From positions 124,001 through 188,000 of IMG/VR virus record IMGVR_UViG_3300020202_000001: DNA of 64,000 bases; one strand, written 5' to 3'. The translations under genes and the position numbers were made by a program. The notes beneath the pieces were generated by a model that was not told the DNA's origin, searched no databases, and saw only the letters and a program-made list of their open reading frames with translations. Below, in pieces: positions 54,807-63,513 of this stretch; positions within the stretch are counted from its first letter, which is position 1, and each line of letters begins with the position of its first letter.

Positions 54807-55220
54807 ATGACCCTTCCCGCAAAGCCCGCCTCGGCGGGCACCAGGACATCCACACTCCCCGAGCTGCCGGTCGTGCCGGCGGTTCGGGGAGAGGTGTTCC
54901 CGGACGGCTTCAAACCCCTCGACGACGTCATCACGCTCGAACGGACGATCACTGTCTCGAAACGGATCAAGGTCGTCGGTAAGCTGACCACGAAGGGCGG
55001 CAACGCGGCGATCAAGGTCGAGCCCTGGTCGACCGACCGGCACCGCCGGATCGCCGACGACGCCGTGCCGTTCGACGACCTCGACGCCACCGTGGTCGCG
55101 ATGAACTTCCTCAAGTCCTGGCTGAAGACGGAGGGCGAGCGGCTGGTGATCGCCGAGGCCCCCGCCGTGAAGGAACCGCCCGAGCGGCGGCCCGATGACG
55201 ACGATGACGACGGCGAATAA
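54807..55220 (+). CDS. hypothetical protein
   Basis: Typical codons. Confidence 0.65.
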   Translation: MTLPAKPASAGTRTSTLPELPVVPAVRGEVFPDGFKPLDDVITLERTITVSKRIKVVGKLTTKGGNAAIKVEPWSTDRHRRIADDAVPFDDLDATVVAMNFLKSWLKTEGERLVIAEAPAVKEPPERRPDDDDDDGE

Positions 55221-55247
55221 CCCACGCGTTCGGACACCCGACACATC

Positions 55248-55895
55248 ATGAGCGACGACGCACCACGCAAGAACTGGTTCAGCGAGCGGATGAAGGGGCA
55301 GAACGCCCAAGGCCGCCTGGACCACGAGCTGTTGCAGTTCGAGGCCGAGCGGCTGAAGTGGCTGCTCCAGCGATTCGGGCTGAAGAAACGGATGCACCAG
55401 GTGATCCGCCGCTACCACGCGGACACCGGCCGTTCGGAGCTTCGGTTCGAGGCGTTCAACGAAGTGTTCCCCACCTTCCCCTTCCTGATCGGGTGCACGA
55501 AGCTCCAGGGCGTACCGATGCCCGGCCGCGTGTCCAAGAGCGGGCAGCAGAAGGTGACGCCGGTCGACTACCACATCTACCTCGACCCGGCCTCGACCGA
55601 GCCGGCGCGGTTCAAGAACTTCACGAAGGTCCCGTTCGTCGGGGCCTACAAGGACTTCTACGCCGCGTCGGCCGGTCGGGCCAACGGTCGGAAGGTGGCA
55701 CTGATCTTCCCGCGCAAGGGGTTCCTGCACGGGATGGTCATGCACAACGACTCCTCCGAGCAGTTCTGGACGGAGGGACTGTCGTGGGTGTACAAGGTGC
55801 CCGGGACGGAGAACCGCCTGTACGTCCAGCCCCTGTCGGCCCTCGTGGAGGCGATCTACGAGGGAGGCAGGGGGTGGCGTCCGCCCGGGGAGTAG
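55248..55895 (+). CDS. hypothetical protein
   Basis: Typical codons. Confidence 0.7.
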   Translation: MSDDAPRKNWFSERMKGQNAQGRLDHELLQFEAERLKWLLQRFGLKKRMHQVIRRYHADTGRSELRFEAFNEVFPTFPFLIGCTKLQGVPMPGRVSKSGQQKVTPVDYHIYLDPASTEPARFKNFTKVPFVGAYKDFYAASAGRANGRKVALIFPRKGFLHGMVMHNDSSEQFWTEGLSWVYKVPGTENRLYVQPLSALVEAIYEGGRGWRPPGE

Positions 55896-55896
55896 A

Positions 55897-55916
55897 TCTC
55901 AAAACCGGTTTTTAGA
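55897..55916 (-). repeat. dispersed 20-bp site, copy 9 (TCTCAAAACCGGTTTTTAGA)
   Basis: Exact reverse complement of copy 8; 5 nt upstream of a -35 box. Confidence 0.95.
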
Positions 55917-55921
55917 TCCCC

Positions 55922-55950
55922 TAGACATTCCCCCTGACGGGGGATAGACT
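55922..55950 (+). promoter_or_regulatory. sigma70-like promoter
   Basis: TAGACA-17 nt-TAGACT. Confidence 0.6.
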
Positions 55951-56008
55951 CCGGCCACGTCGCCGGAACGACTGAACACCACTCACAGAAGAAGGAGACC
56001 CCAAGACC

Positions 56009-56902
56009 ATGAGCAAGAACGAATCCACGCTTCTCCCCGAAGAGCAGAAGCGCGCGGCGATCTACGAAGAGATGTCCCCGGCCCTCAAGAAGGTCGCGGA
56101 CGACTTCCGCAAGAAGGAGGCCGTCGCCTCCAAGGGCAACCTCACCCTCCGCTACGACATGGGCGTGAAGGTGAAGCAGGTGATCGAGGAGGAGGCCGAG
56201 TACGGCGCGAACGCCGTCAAGCAGCTCGCCGCCTTCCTCGGCCGCTCGGAGACGGACCTGTACGACCTGCGGAACGTCGTGACCACCTACGACAAGGACG
56301 AGATCATCGCCCTGTCGGAGCGCGAGATGGCCAACGGCGGGCACATCACGATGGGCCACGTCATGGCCATCGTCCGCGTGAAGAAGCAGGCCGACCGGAA
56401 GAAGCTGTGGGACCGCGTGTTCGCCGAGTCCCTCACCGTGGGCCAGCTCGCCGGCGAGGTGTCGGCCGGGTACGAGAAGGCCAACAAGCGCTCGGGCGGC
56501 CGCAAGCCGTCCAAGCCGACGAGCCCCGTGGCGGGCATCGCCCAGATCGCGGAGCGGACGCAGGAGCTGAACAACCGCTTCGAGGGCTGGGACGAGACCG
56601 TGTTCACGGCCATCGCCGACCTCCCCCCGGACAAGATCGACAAGATCGTCCTGGAGAAGGCCGAGAAGGCCAGCGCGGAGCTGCACAAGCTGGAGGAGAA
56701 CCTCACCCAGTACGTCGGCAAGTACGACAAGGGCGTCGAGCACATCCGCAAGGTCGTGGCGGCGAAGGCGAAGGAAGAGGCCGACGCCAAGGCCGAGCAC
56801 AAGAAGGAAGAGAAGCAGCTCGAAGGCAAGGGCGCGAAGAAGGCAGTCGGCAAGAAGGCCGACGCGAAGGCCGGCAAGAGCCGCCGGCCCGCTGCCGCCT
56901 AA
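56009..56902 (+). CDS. ParB/DUF1016-N-like helix-turn-helix DNA-binding protein with coiled coil and Lys-rich tail
   Basis: RYDMG..V..EAEYGANAVKQLAAFLGRSETDLYDLR (HTH) then HITMGHVMAIV..RKKL..VFAESLTVGQL (ParB GH..L..LSVR.L-like); AAGGAG RBS. Confidence 0.6.
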   Translation: MSKNESTLLPEEQKRAAIYEEMSPALKKVADDFRKKEAVASKGNLTLRYDMGVKVKQVIEEEAEYGANAVKQLAAFLGRSETDLYDLRNVVTTYDKDEIIALSEREMANGGHITMGHVMAIVRVKKQADRKKLWDRVFAESLTVGQLAGEVSAGYEKANKRSGGRKPSKPTSPVAGIAQIAERTQELNNRFEGWDETVFTAIADLPPDKIDKIVLEKAEKASAELHKLEENLTQYVGKYDKGVEHIRKVVAAKAKEEADAKAEHKKEEKQLEGKGAKKAVGKKADAKAGKSRRPAAA

Positions 56903-56942
56903 GCGCTCCCGCCTGAGAGCGGCGACGGTTGTCTGACGACGT

Positions 56943-56995
56943 GACGCCCCGGGCGGTTTGCGGAGAGTACCGCGGCCGCCCGGGGCGTTCTCTTT
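56943..56995 (+). terminator. intrinsic terminator
   Basis: GACGCCCCGGGCGG...CCGCCCGGGGCGTT followed by CTCTTT. Confidence 0.65.
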
Positions 56996-57006
56996 GGGCT
57001 TTAGCT

Positions 57007-57924
57007 ATGAGTCACCCCACGGGCGACGAGATGAACGGCTTCACCGTCTTCGTGCTCCTCTACGGGGACCACCTGGAGCTGGCCAGGCGTTCACTCGGGT
57101 CGATCGCGTACAACTGTGACCCCGCCCTATGCCGGTCGATCAGGGTGGGCATGAACGCGGTCAGCGACCGCTCCCGGGCCGCGGCCCTGGAGCTGCTGAC
57201 CACGATCGTGCCCGCCGGCGTCGAGACGCTGGTCTACGACGCCGGACCCCACAACCGGCTCAAGTACCCCATGATGCGGAAGATGTTCAACGACCCGAAG
57301 CACCGGGTCGTGACGCCGCACACCATGTGGTTCGACGACGACTCGTGCATCGACCCCGACACCGACTACACCTGGTGGCGGCGGGTCTACGACCGGATGC
57401 AGCAGGCCGACATGATCGGCAAGCTGTACACGTTCCCCGTCGCCCCCCGGCAGCGACAGGCGATCGAGGCCCAGCCCTGGTACACGGGCAAGCTGGTGCC
57501 GGGCAAGTTCACGTTCGCCACCGGCGGGTGGTGGGCGTGCCGGACGAAACACCTGCAGCGGTGGGACTACCCGTTCCGCCAGCTGACGCACAACGGGGGC
57601 GACACGGTCCTCGGGGAGCTGATGCGGCAGCAGGGGCTGTCGCTCAGAAACTTCTCGGAGGGCGTGTGGATCAACGCGGACGAACACGGCAACGCGAGCA
57701 AGGCCCCCCGAAGGGGTGAAAGTCGCAAGCCGCTCTGGTACAACTACCCGGCCGACGAGGACACCGCCGCCTACCACGCGTTCAAGATCGAGGCGGTAGA
57801 CCCGAACGCGGGCGAGTGGTGGGTGGGGCGGCCGAAGTCGGAGGTCATCGGACAGGTGCAGCGGACCGTCGACCAGCTCGGCAGGCAGTACCGCAGGCGA
57901 CCCCCACAGGTACCAGGACTATGA
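57007..57924 (+). CDS. GT-A fold glycosyltransferase-like protein
   Basis: TVFVLLYG..ARRSLGSI, MWFDDDS (DxD), FATGGWW, HNGGD motifs. Confidence 0.65.
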   Translation: MSHPTGDEMNGFTVFVLLYGDHLELARRSLGSIAYNCDPALCRSIRVGMNAVSDRSRAAALELLTTIVPAGVETLVYDAGPHNRLKYPMMRKMFNDPKHRVVTPHTMWFDDDSCIDPDTDYTWWRRVYDRMQQADMIGKLYTFPVAPRQRQAIEAQPWYTGKLVPGKFTFATGGWWACRTKHLQRWDYPFRQLTHNGGDTVLGELMRQQGLSLRNFSEGVWINADEHGNASKAPRRGESRKPLWYNYPADEDTAAYHAFKIEAVDPNAGEWWVGRPKSEVIGQVQRTVDQLGRQYRRRPPQVPGL

Positions 57925-58355
57925 ACTTCAACCTCCACTGGATCGACGTCAGCGAGGCACTCCAAAAGCAGGTGCAGCCCCGGGCCATCCTCGAACGCCC
58001 GCAGGTGGGCGGGAAGAACCGGGCGGCCAACGCCGGGATCTTCGGGACGGCCCGGGTCGGCCGGCAGGGCGAGTTCTGGGTGCCGAGCAACGCGATCACC
58101 GAGCCGGCGATCAAGTGGGAGGTCACGAACCAGGGCGACCACGTCTCGATCCCGCTCAACGCGTACCGCACCCCGGAGCAGGCCAAGGGCTGGCTGGTGG
58201 CGGCGGCGATGGAGCACGGGCTCCGGGCCGGGTTCGACCTGGGCCGACGATGTCACAAGCAACCGGTCGAGATCACCCTCGTGCTCGGGCACAAGGTCGA
58301 CGCGGTCGAGGAAGGTTATCGCTTCTACCTGGGCCTCTCGGTCCAGGTCGAATGA
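57921..58355 (+). CDS. hypothetical protein
   Basis: ATGA coupling. Confidence 0.7.
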   Translation: MNFNLHWIDVSEALQKQVQPRAILERPQVGGKNRAANAGIFGTARVGRQGEFWVPSNAITEPAIKWEVTNQGDHVSIPLNAYRTPEQAKGWLVAAAMEHGLRAGFDLGRRCHKQPVEITLVLGHKVDAVEEGYRFYLGLSVQVE

Positions 58356-58368
58356 AGGAGTTCACGCA

Positions 58369-58956
58369 ATGGCCAAGGCAGCACAGATCGCGCAGTCCCG
58401 CAGGGCGGCCCCGGCGGCCCCCGCAGCGGCCCCGCAGAGGGCCGCCAGGCCCCCGAAGGCACCCGCACCGCCCCCGAGCCCCACGCAGCTGCTCGCGGAC
58501 GCGTACGACGCCCTGCGGCTCTGCGAGGACGGCATGGCGGCGTACTCGACGCTGCAGAACATGATGGCCGGCGACAAGCCGGGGGCGCAAACGGGCGTCC
58601 CGGCCCCCCGGTTCGCTTGGGAGGCCGCCCCTCCGGGCGGGACGCCCCGGCAGATCGTGTCCAACCTCGCCAAGCTGCCGCCGGAGGACCGCCCGGCCGT
58701 GCTCGGGCCGCTCGTCAACCTCCACTTCGACCAGATGCTGGCCGGAGCGGAGAAGGCGAAGGCCATGGTCGACCGGCTGGTGGCGATCCTGACCGCCAGC
58801 GCTCAGGCGGCGGCCCCGGCCGACGAGGAGGCGGGCGACGACCAGCCCGAGGACGACCAGCCCGTCGAGGACGGCGACGACATGGAGGCCGCCGACGAGG
58901 ACCAGGACGACCAGGACGACGACGAAGAGACCGACGACGACCAGCAAGGCGGATGA
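58369..58956 (+). CDS. hypothetical protein with acidic tail
   Basis: AAGGAG RBS. Confidence 0.7.
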   Translation: MAKAAQIAQSRRAAPAAPAAAPQRAARPPKAPAPPPSPTQLLADAYDALRLCEDGMAAYSTLQNMMAGDKPGAQTGVPAPRFAWEAAPPGGTPRQIVSNLAKLPPEDRPAVLGPLVNLHFDQMLAGAEKAKAMVDRLVAILTASAQAAAPADEEAGDDQPEDDQPVEDGDDMEAADEDQDDQDDDEETDDDQQGG

Positions 58957-59609
58957 CCATGAGCTTCGTGCGAAAAGAGGACGTGGAGGCGATCGTCGCG
59001 GAGGCCGACCCGCACGACGGCTTCCGGGTGAAGGACGTGGTGGTAGGGGGCGAGCACTCCCTCCACCTCGTCTTTCGCCGGGGCGGCGTGCCGGTGGCCC
59101 CGCCGTGGCGGATCGGCGGCGGCATGAGCAAGCAGGTGTGGGCGCGAAAGGACCCCACGCCCGAGCAGATTGGCGAGAAGCGCCGGCTCATCATGCTGCT
59201 CGAAGCGGTCTGCCGCTTCATGAACACCTGCGGCGACTGGAACCAACTGGAGGACGTGCTGAGCGGGTTCAGCACGATGATCGGCGGCGACCTGCAGCTC
59301 GCGCTGTGCGGGTCGTTCCAGCTGATCGACTCGTGCGTGACCACCGAGGGCATGTACGAGCACGTCTTCTACTCGCCCGAGAGCCCGTGGGCGATCCGGT
59401 GGGCCGACGAGCAGTTCTTCGACGTCGTCTCGCTGAACGAGATCAACCGGGAGCTACAAGAACAGGAAGCGAGCGAACCAGATGTCCTCCCCGGAGGAAC
59501 CGATCAAGGGTTCGGAGAGGACCTACCCCGTCAACCAGATCATCGACAACTGGAAGCGGTGGAGGGCGACGCTGGCGAAGACGTACCTGGACCAGACCCC
59601 GAGGGGTGA
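58953..59609 (+). CDS. hypothetical protein
   Basis: ATGA coupling; 128-nt overlap with the next gene. Confidence 0.65.
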   Translation: MTMSFVRKEDVEAIVAEADPHDGFRVKDVVVGGEHSLHLVFRRGGVPVAPPWRIGGGMSKQVWARKDPTPEQIGEKRRLIMLLEAVCRFMNTCGDWNQLEDVLSGFSTMIGGDLQLALCGSFQLIDSCVTTEGMYEHVFYSPESPWAIRWADEQFFDVVSLNEINRELQEQEASEPDVLPGGTDQGFGEDLPRQPDHRQLEAVEGDAGEDVPGPDPEG

Positions 59610-60399
59610 CACGTTCGACATCTTCGTCAACGATCTCTACGAGCTACTGCCCAAGACGATCAACTACGACACCGTGTACGCCTCGGTCGAGGACCTGGCG
59701 GGCACCAAGCTGACCTCGGACGTGCTCCGGCAGGTGTGCTGGCGGCTGGCCGGCAACCTCGGGCGGATGGCCGAGCAGACGCCCGTGCCGACCTGGACCC
59801 GCCAGCCGTTCCCGGAGTGGGTGCCCGCGCAGATCGCGTCCGCCAAGCGGCGGCTGAGCGGCAAGGGCGACCTCGGGTACGTCTACACGATCCAGGTGCT
59901 GGCCGGGCTCTCCGCCGGCCTGAAGACGACGAAGTTCTGGACCGACAAACAGGTCCGCTACATGGCCGGCGACTTCGGGTTCGCACGCCGCCGGCCGAGC
60001 GAGCGGTCGACGCAGCTGCCCCGCAACCAGTTCCAGAGCCCGATGGAGCTGGTCACGTTACGCCTCACGCTCCTGATCGACCCCAAGCTGTGCACGCCGG
60101 CCGAGCCCGGGTTCGAGAAGACGAAGATCTCCTCGGCCAACCTGGACTGGAACCGGGAGCAGATGAAGTACCGCGACCGGTACGACCCGGGCTACCAGTG
60201 CCCGCAGGGCGTCACCCACCAGGTGCCGTGCTGCCGGTGCCCGTTCGGGATCAGCACCTGCCGGGCGGCCGTGCACCCGACCGACTACGAGTTCGACTAC
60301 TGCGAGCAATGTGGCCGCGACCGCGCCCCCTACGACACGTCCGTGTCGAAGGAGATGTGCGTCGAGTGCTACGAGCGAAAGATCCTCCAGAGGAGGTAG
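59482..60399 (+). CDS. hypothetical protein with Cys-rich zinc-binding C-terminus
   Basis: CP..CCRC..C..H..CEQC..CVEC. Confidence 0.75.
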   Translation: MSSPEEPIKGSERTYPVNQIIDNWKRWRATLAKTYLDQTPRGDTFDIFVNDLYELLPKTINYDTVYASVEDLAGTKLTSDVLRQVCWRLAGNLGRMAEQTPVPTWTRQPFPEWVPAQIASAKRRLSGKGDLGYVYTIQVLAGLSAGLKTTKFWTDKQVRYMAGDFGFARRRPSERSTQLPRNQFQSPMELVTLRLTLLIDPKLCTPAEPGFEKTKISSANLDWNREQMKYRDRYDPGYQCPQGVTHQVPCCRCPFGISTCRAAVHPTDYEFDYCEQCGRDRAPYDTSVSKEMCVECYERKILQRR

Positions 60400-60401
60400 C
60401 G

Positions 60402-60806
60402 TTGCCGGAAGACTTGAGCTGGATGAGCCGGCCGCTGGAAGAGGGCGAGTTCGAGACGGGTTGCCACACCCACCAGGGTAACGACCTGATCCTGTTCGCC
60501 CAGACGACGAGAGAGCTGCACGACCGCCGGTACACGATCTTCGGGACCGTGTACGGCAGGCACCGCACCGAGCCCGACTTCGACTGGGTGGAGGCGCTGC
60601 GAGCACCGATCAAGGAGCTGTTCCGTGAAACGACACGCAAGTACCGCCGCGAGGTCCGGGAAGACCCCGGCGGCGACGTCTACACCTACCCCGACTTCTT
60701 CAACTGCTGCATCCGCGACTACCTCCGGTGGATCGAGGACTACGGCCACGACGCCGGCCCAGCCCCAGCCGGACACGAGCATCCCCGACTCCGCCACGCC
60801 TGCTGA
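60402..60806 (+). CDS. hypothetical protein
   Basis: AGGAGG RBS before TTG 60402. Confidence 0.6.
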   Translation: MPEDLSWMSRPLEEGEFETGCHTHQGNDLILFAQTTRELHDRRYTIFGTVYGRHRTEPDFDWVEALRAPIKELFRETTRKYRREVREDPGGDVYTYPDFFNCCIRDYLRWIEDYGHDAGPAPAGHEHPRLRHAC

Positions 60807-61248
60807 GCGCCGGCGCTACCAGGCGTACCTCCGCGAGGCCCACCCGTTCCCCGGCGTGAGCTTCCGCAAGTTCATCGACGGCGAGCGGTCGCAGGAGCCG
60901 ACGCCGAAGGAGGACCCCAACGGCCCGCCGGCCCCGCTGCGGGACTGGACGAGCCTTACCGAGGACGTGAAGCTGCCGGGCGACCTGACGCCCGGGTTCA
61001 TGTCCGCCCGCCCCGAGCTGATCCGCGTCCGCGAGGGCCGCACGTTCAACGAGGAGGAGACGCAGGCGGTCGTGCACGCGCTGCGGGTCCTGGTCGAGAC
61101 GAACGTGCTGCTGCAGGGTCGCAGCCGGGAGATCGCCAAGCGGGTAAAGAACGTCCTCGGGGCCGTCGAGAACGTCCGGGTCACGCTCAGCAACCTCGAC
61201 GACGAGGCGAACTACCGCACGCCGCACCCGAGGACCGACGAGTCATGA
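60625..61248 (+). CDS. hypothetical protein with overprinted Ser/Thr-rich N-terminus
   Basis: AAGGAG RBS before GTG 60625; typical codons after 60806. Confidence 0.6.
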   Translation: MKRHASTAARSGKTPAATSTPTPTSSTAASATTSGGSRTTATTPAQPQPDTSIPDSATPAERRRYQAYLREAHPFPGVSFRKFIDGERSQEPTPKEDPNGPPAPLRDWTSLTEDVKLPGDLTPGFMSARPELIRVREGRTFNEEETQAVVHALRVLVETNVLLQGRSREIAKRVKNVLGAVENVRVTLSNLDDEANYRTPHPRTDES

Positions 61249-61427
61249 CCTGTCCGTTCTGCCACCGCGACGTGCCGAAGGAGCAGCTGAAGTCGGGGCG
61301 GTGTCCGCACTGCGGCACGTCCGTCCCGACCGTGCACCTCCAGCGGCGGTGGCAGCCCGTGCCGATGATCGACCACAGCCAACGACGCGGCCGCGAGGGC
61401 CGCCTCAAGCGACGAAGGGACGACTGA
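61245..61427 (+). CDS. small zinc-ribbon protein
   Basis: CPFC..CPHC; ATGA coupling. Confidence 0.6.
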   Translation: MTCPFCHRDVPKEQLKSGRCPHCGTSVPTVHLQRRWQPVPMIDHSQRRGREGRLKRRRDD

Positions 61428-61428
61428 C

Positions 61429-61620
61429 GTGACGGAGCACCCCCAGCAAGGCCAGGACCGACTGGACGACATCCTGAACCACCTGGCCGAGCTGGGGGTG
61501 CCGCACGCGGCCATCCGCGTCACCCGCGACCCCGCGGGCGACCGCGTCGCCGTCGCCCCGCCCTACGACACGTCCGAGGTGAGGGTGTACCTCGCCTCCG
61601 CCTCGCAGCGGCCCAACTGA
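61429..61620 (+). CDS. small hypothetical protein
   Basis: AAGGA RBS. Confidence 0.5.
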   Translation: MTEHPQQGQDRLDDILNHLAELGVPHAAIRVTRDPAGDRVAVAPPYDTSEVRVYLASASQRPN

Positions 61621-61627
61621 GGGCCGA

Positions 61628-61647
61628 TCCAAAAACCGGTTTTGAGA
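61628..61647 (+). repeat. dispersed 20-bp site, copy 10 (TCCAAAAACCGGTTTTGAGA)
   Basis: Abuts the AAGGAG RBS of thyX. Confidence 0.95.
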
Positions 61648-61657
61648 AGGAGCGTGC

Positions 61658-62731
61658 ATGAGTTTCGTACTCCCCAAGGTCTTCCGCGTCGGCTACACGA
61701 AGGTCGACTTCGAGCAGGTGTCCGAGTACCTGCGGTACACCAAGCAGGAGCTGTTCGCCGGCGAGCTGCAGGCCGCCAAGGAGGACGGCATCAGCCCGGC
61801 CGAGGCCCTGTGCTCGATGTTCGGCAAGATGTGCTACAAGAGCCTCGTGCTCGGGCAGAACGCGAACGTGAAGAAGGTGCGGGCCGTCCGCGAGAACCTG
61901 GCCGGCACGTTCGCCAGCGGGCACGGGTCCGTGTTCGAGCACGTCGGGTTCAACTTCATCGTCACCGACTGCAGCCGCGTGTTCACGCACGAGCTGGTGC
62001 GGCACCGCGTCGGCACGGCGTTCAGCCAGACGAGCGGCCGGTACGTCCGCCCGGTCCCGAACGAGCAGGGCGAGCTGGACATCGCGTTCGTCCACGACCC
62101 GATCCTCGACCCCGTCCGCGAGAACATCGAGAACGTCCTCTCCTACCTGGCGATGAACTACCAGGACATGGAGATCAAGCTGGGCATCGCCGACCCGGAG
62201 GTCGTGGCCAAGCGGCTCAAGCAGGTCCGCGAGGACATGGTCGGGGCGCAGGGCTCCCTCCTGGCCGAGCTGCAGGCCGAGGCGGACGAGCTGGCGGCGT
62301 ACAAGGTGACCGTCGACAACTTCGAGCTGAAGAAGAAGCTGACGTCGGCGCTGCGTCGCATCCTGCCGAACGGGCAGGCGAACGAGATCGCGTTCAGCGT
62401 GAACATCCGCACGCTCCGCCACTGCGTCCAGATCCGCACGCAGCGGTTCGCCGAGTGGGAGATCCGGGCGGTCTTCGCCCAGATCTACCAGCTCATCAAG
62501 GACAAGTTCCCCATGGTCTTCCACGGGGCCAAGGAGCGGATCGTCGACGGCCTGCCCGAGGTGTACGGCATGAAGCTCCAGCCGTACGACGTGACGGTCG
62601 AGGGCCTGCCCGACGTCGAGCTGCTGAACGAGGCCGCCTTCCGCAACTTCAAACGGCTTTCCCCCGCGACGGAGAAGCTGCTCAAGGACGGCGCGACCGC
62701 CGCCCTCAACGAGCTGCTGCCCGCCGCATAA
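61658..62731 (+). CDS. thyX: flavin-dependent thymidylate synthase
   Basis: GHGSVFEH, SRVFTHELVRHR..FSQTSGRY, RRILPN, NIRTLRH, AEWEIR. Confidence 0.93.
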   Translation: MSFVLPKVFRVGYTKVDFEQVSEYLRYTKQELFAGELQAAKEDGISPAEALCSMFGKMCYKSLVLGQNANVKKVRAVRENLAGTFASGHGSVFEHVGFNFIVTDCSRVFTHELVRHRVGTAFSQTSGRYVRPVPNEQGELDIAFVHDPILDPVRENIENVLSYLAMNYQDMEIKLGIADPEVVAKRLKQVREDMVGAQGSLLAELQAEADELAAYKVTVDNFELKKKLTSALRRILPNGQANEIAFSVNIRTLRHCVQIRTQRFAEWEIRAVFAQIYQLIKDKFPMVFHGAKERIVDGLPEVYGMKLQPYDVTVEGLPDVELLNEAAFRNFKRLSPATEKLLKDGATAALNELLPAA

Positions 62732-62801
62732 CACCTACGGCGACCGGGGCGGGCTAGGCGGCCCGCCCCGCGTCGCCCTCACATCTGCAGCGGAGGACAA
62801 C

Positions 62802-63461
62802 ATGAGTCGCGAGGCGTTCTTCTCGGAGGTGTACGCGAAGTGTCACTGGTCCGGCGGCGGGTCCGGGTCCGGCAGCTCGCCGGCGAACTCCGCCCGGTAC
62901 CGCGAGCTGCTCGACCGGCTGCTGCGGGCCGTCCCGTTCGGCCTGGTCGTCGACGTCGGGTGCGGCGACTGGCGGGTGGGCGGGCTGATGAACTACCACG
63001 AGCGACCGCTCCGGTACGTCGGCCTGGAGATCGTGCCCGCCGTGTGCGCCAAGCTGGTCGAGACGCACAAGCACCGGAACGTCGAGTTCCGCCGGGCCGA
63101 CGTGCTGGTCGACCCGCTGCCGCCGGTGAACCCGGTGGTCGCCTCGCTGCTCGTCGTCAAGGACGTCATGCAGCACTGGCTGCCCGAGGAGGTGCAGTCG
63201 TTCCTCCCCAAGATGGTCCCGTTCGACTACGCGCTGCTGACGAACGACGTGGCGACGCCGGGGGCGGAGAAGAGCTGGCACAGCAAGACGCGGGACCGCT
63301 ACCGGCCCTGCGACGTGCGGCTGCTCGGGCTCCAGGCGGTCGAGGTCCTGTCGCAGGACTCGCCCAAGCCGAACCACCCCCGCAAGGTCACACTGCTGCT
63401 CCGGCGGGGCGGGACGGAACCCGTGCCCGCGGAACTGGCGGCGAGGCTCGCCGTCCGCTAA
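62802..63461 (+). CDS. class I SAM-dependent methyltransferase
   Basis: W..GSGSGS, VVDVGCGDW, YVGLEIV, KDVMQHW, LLTND; GGAGG RBS. Confidence 0.8.
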   Translation: MSREAFFSEVYAKCHWSGGGSGSGSSPANSARYRELLDRLLRAVPFGLVVDVGCGDWRVGGLMNYHERPLRYVGLEIVPAVCAKLVETHKHRNVEFRRADVLVDPLPPVNPVVASLLVVKDVMQHWLPEEVQSFLPKMVPFDYALLTNDVATPGAEKSWHSKTRDRYRPCDVRLLGLQAVEVLSQDSPKPNHPRKVTLLLRRGGTEPVPAELAARLAVR

Positions 63462-63513
63462 GATCTCCCCCGTTCGGGTAAACCCCTGTCATCCAACCGA
63501 AGGAGCGACCGCG

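Noticed and set aside
6148-61647. The 20-bp palindromes as a CRISPR array or IS/MITE ends
   Set aside because: Copies are kilobases apart, in both orientations, without spacers of regular length, target duplications or a transposase between pairs.
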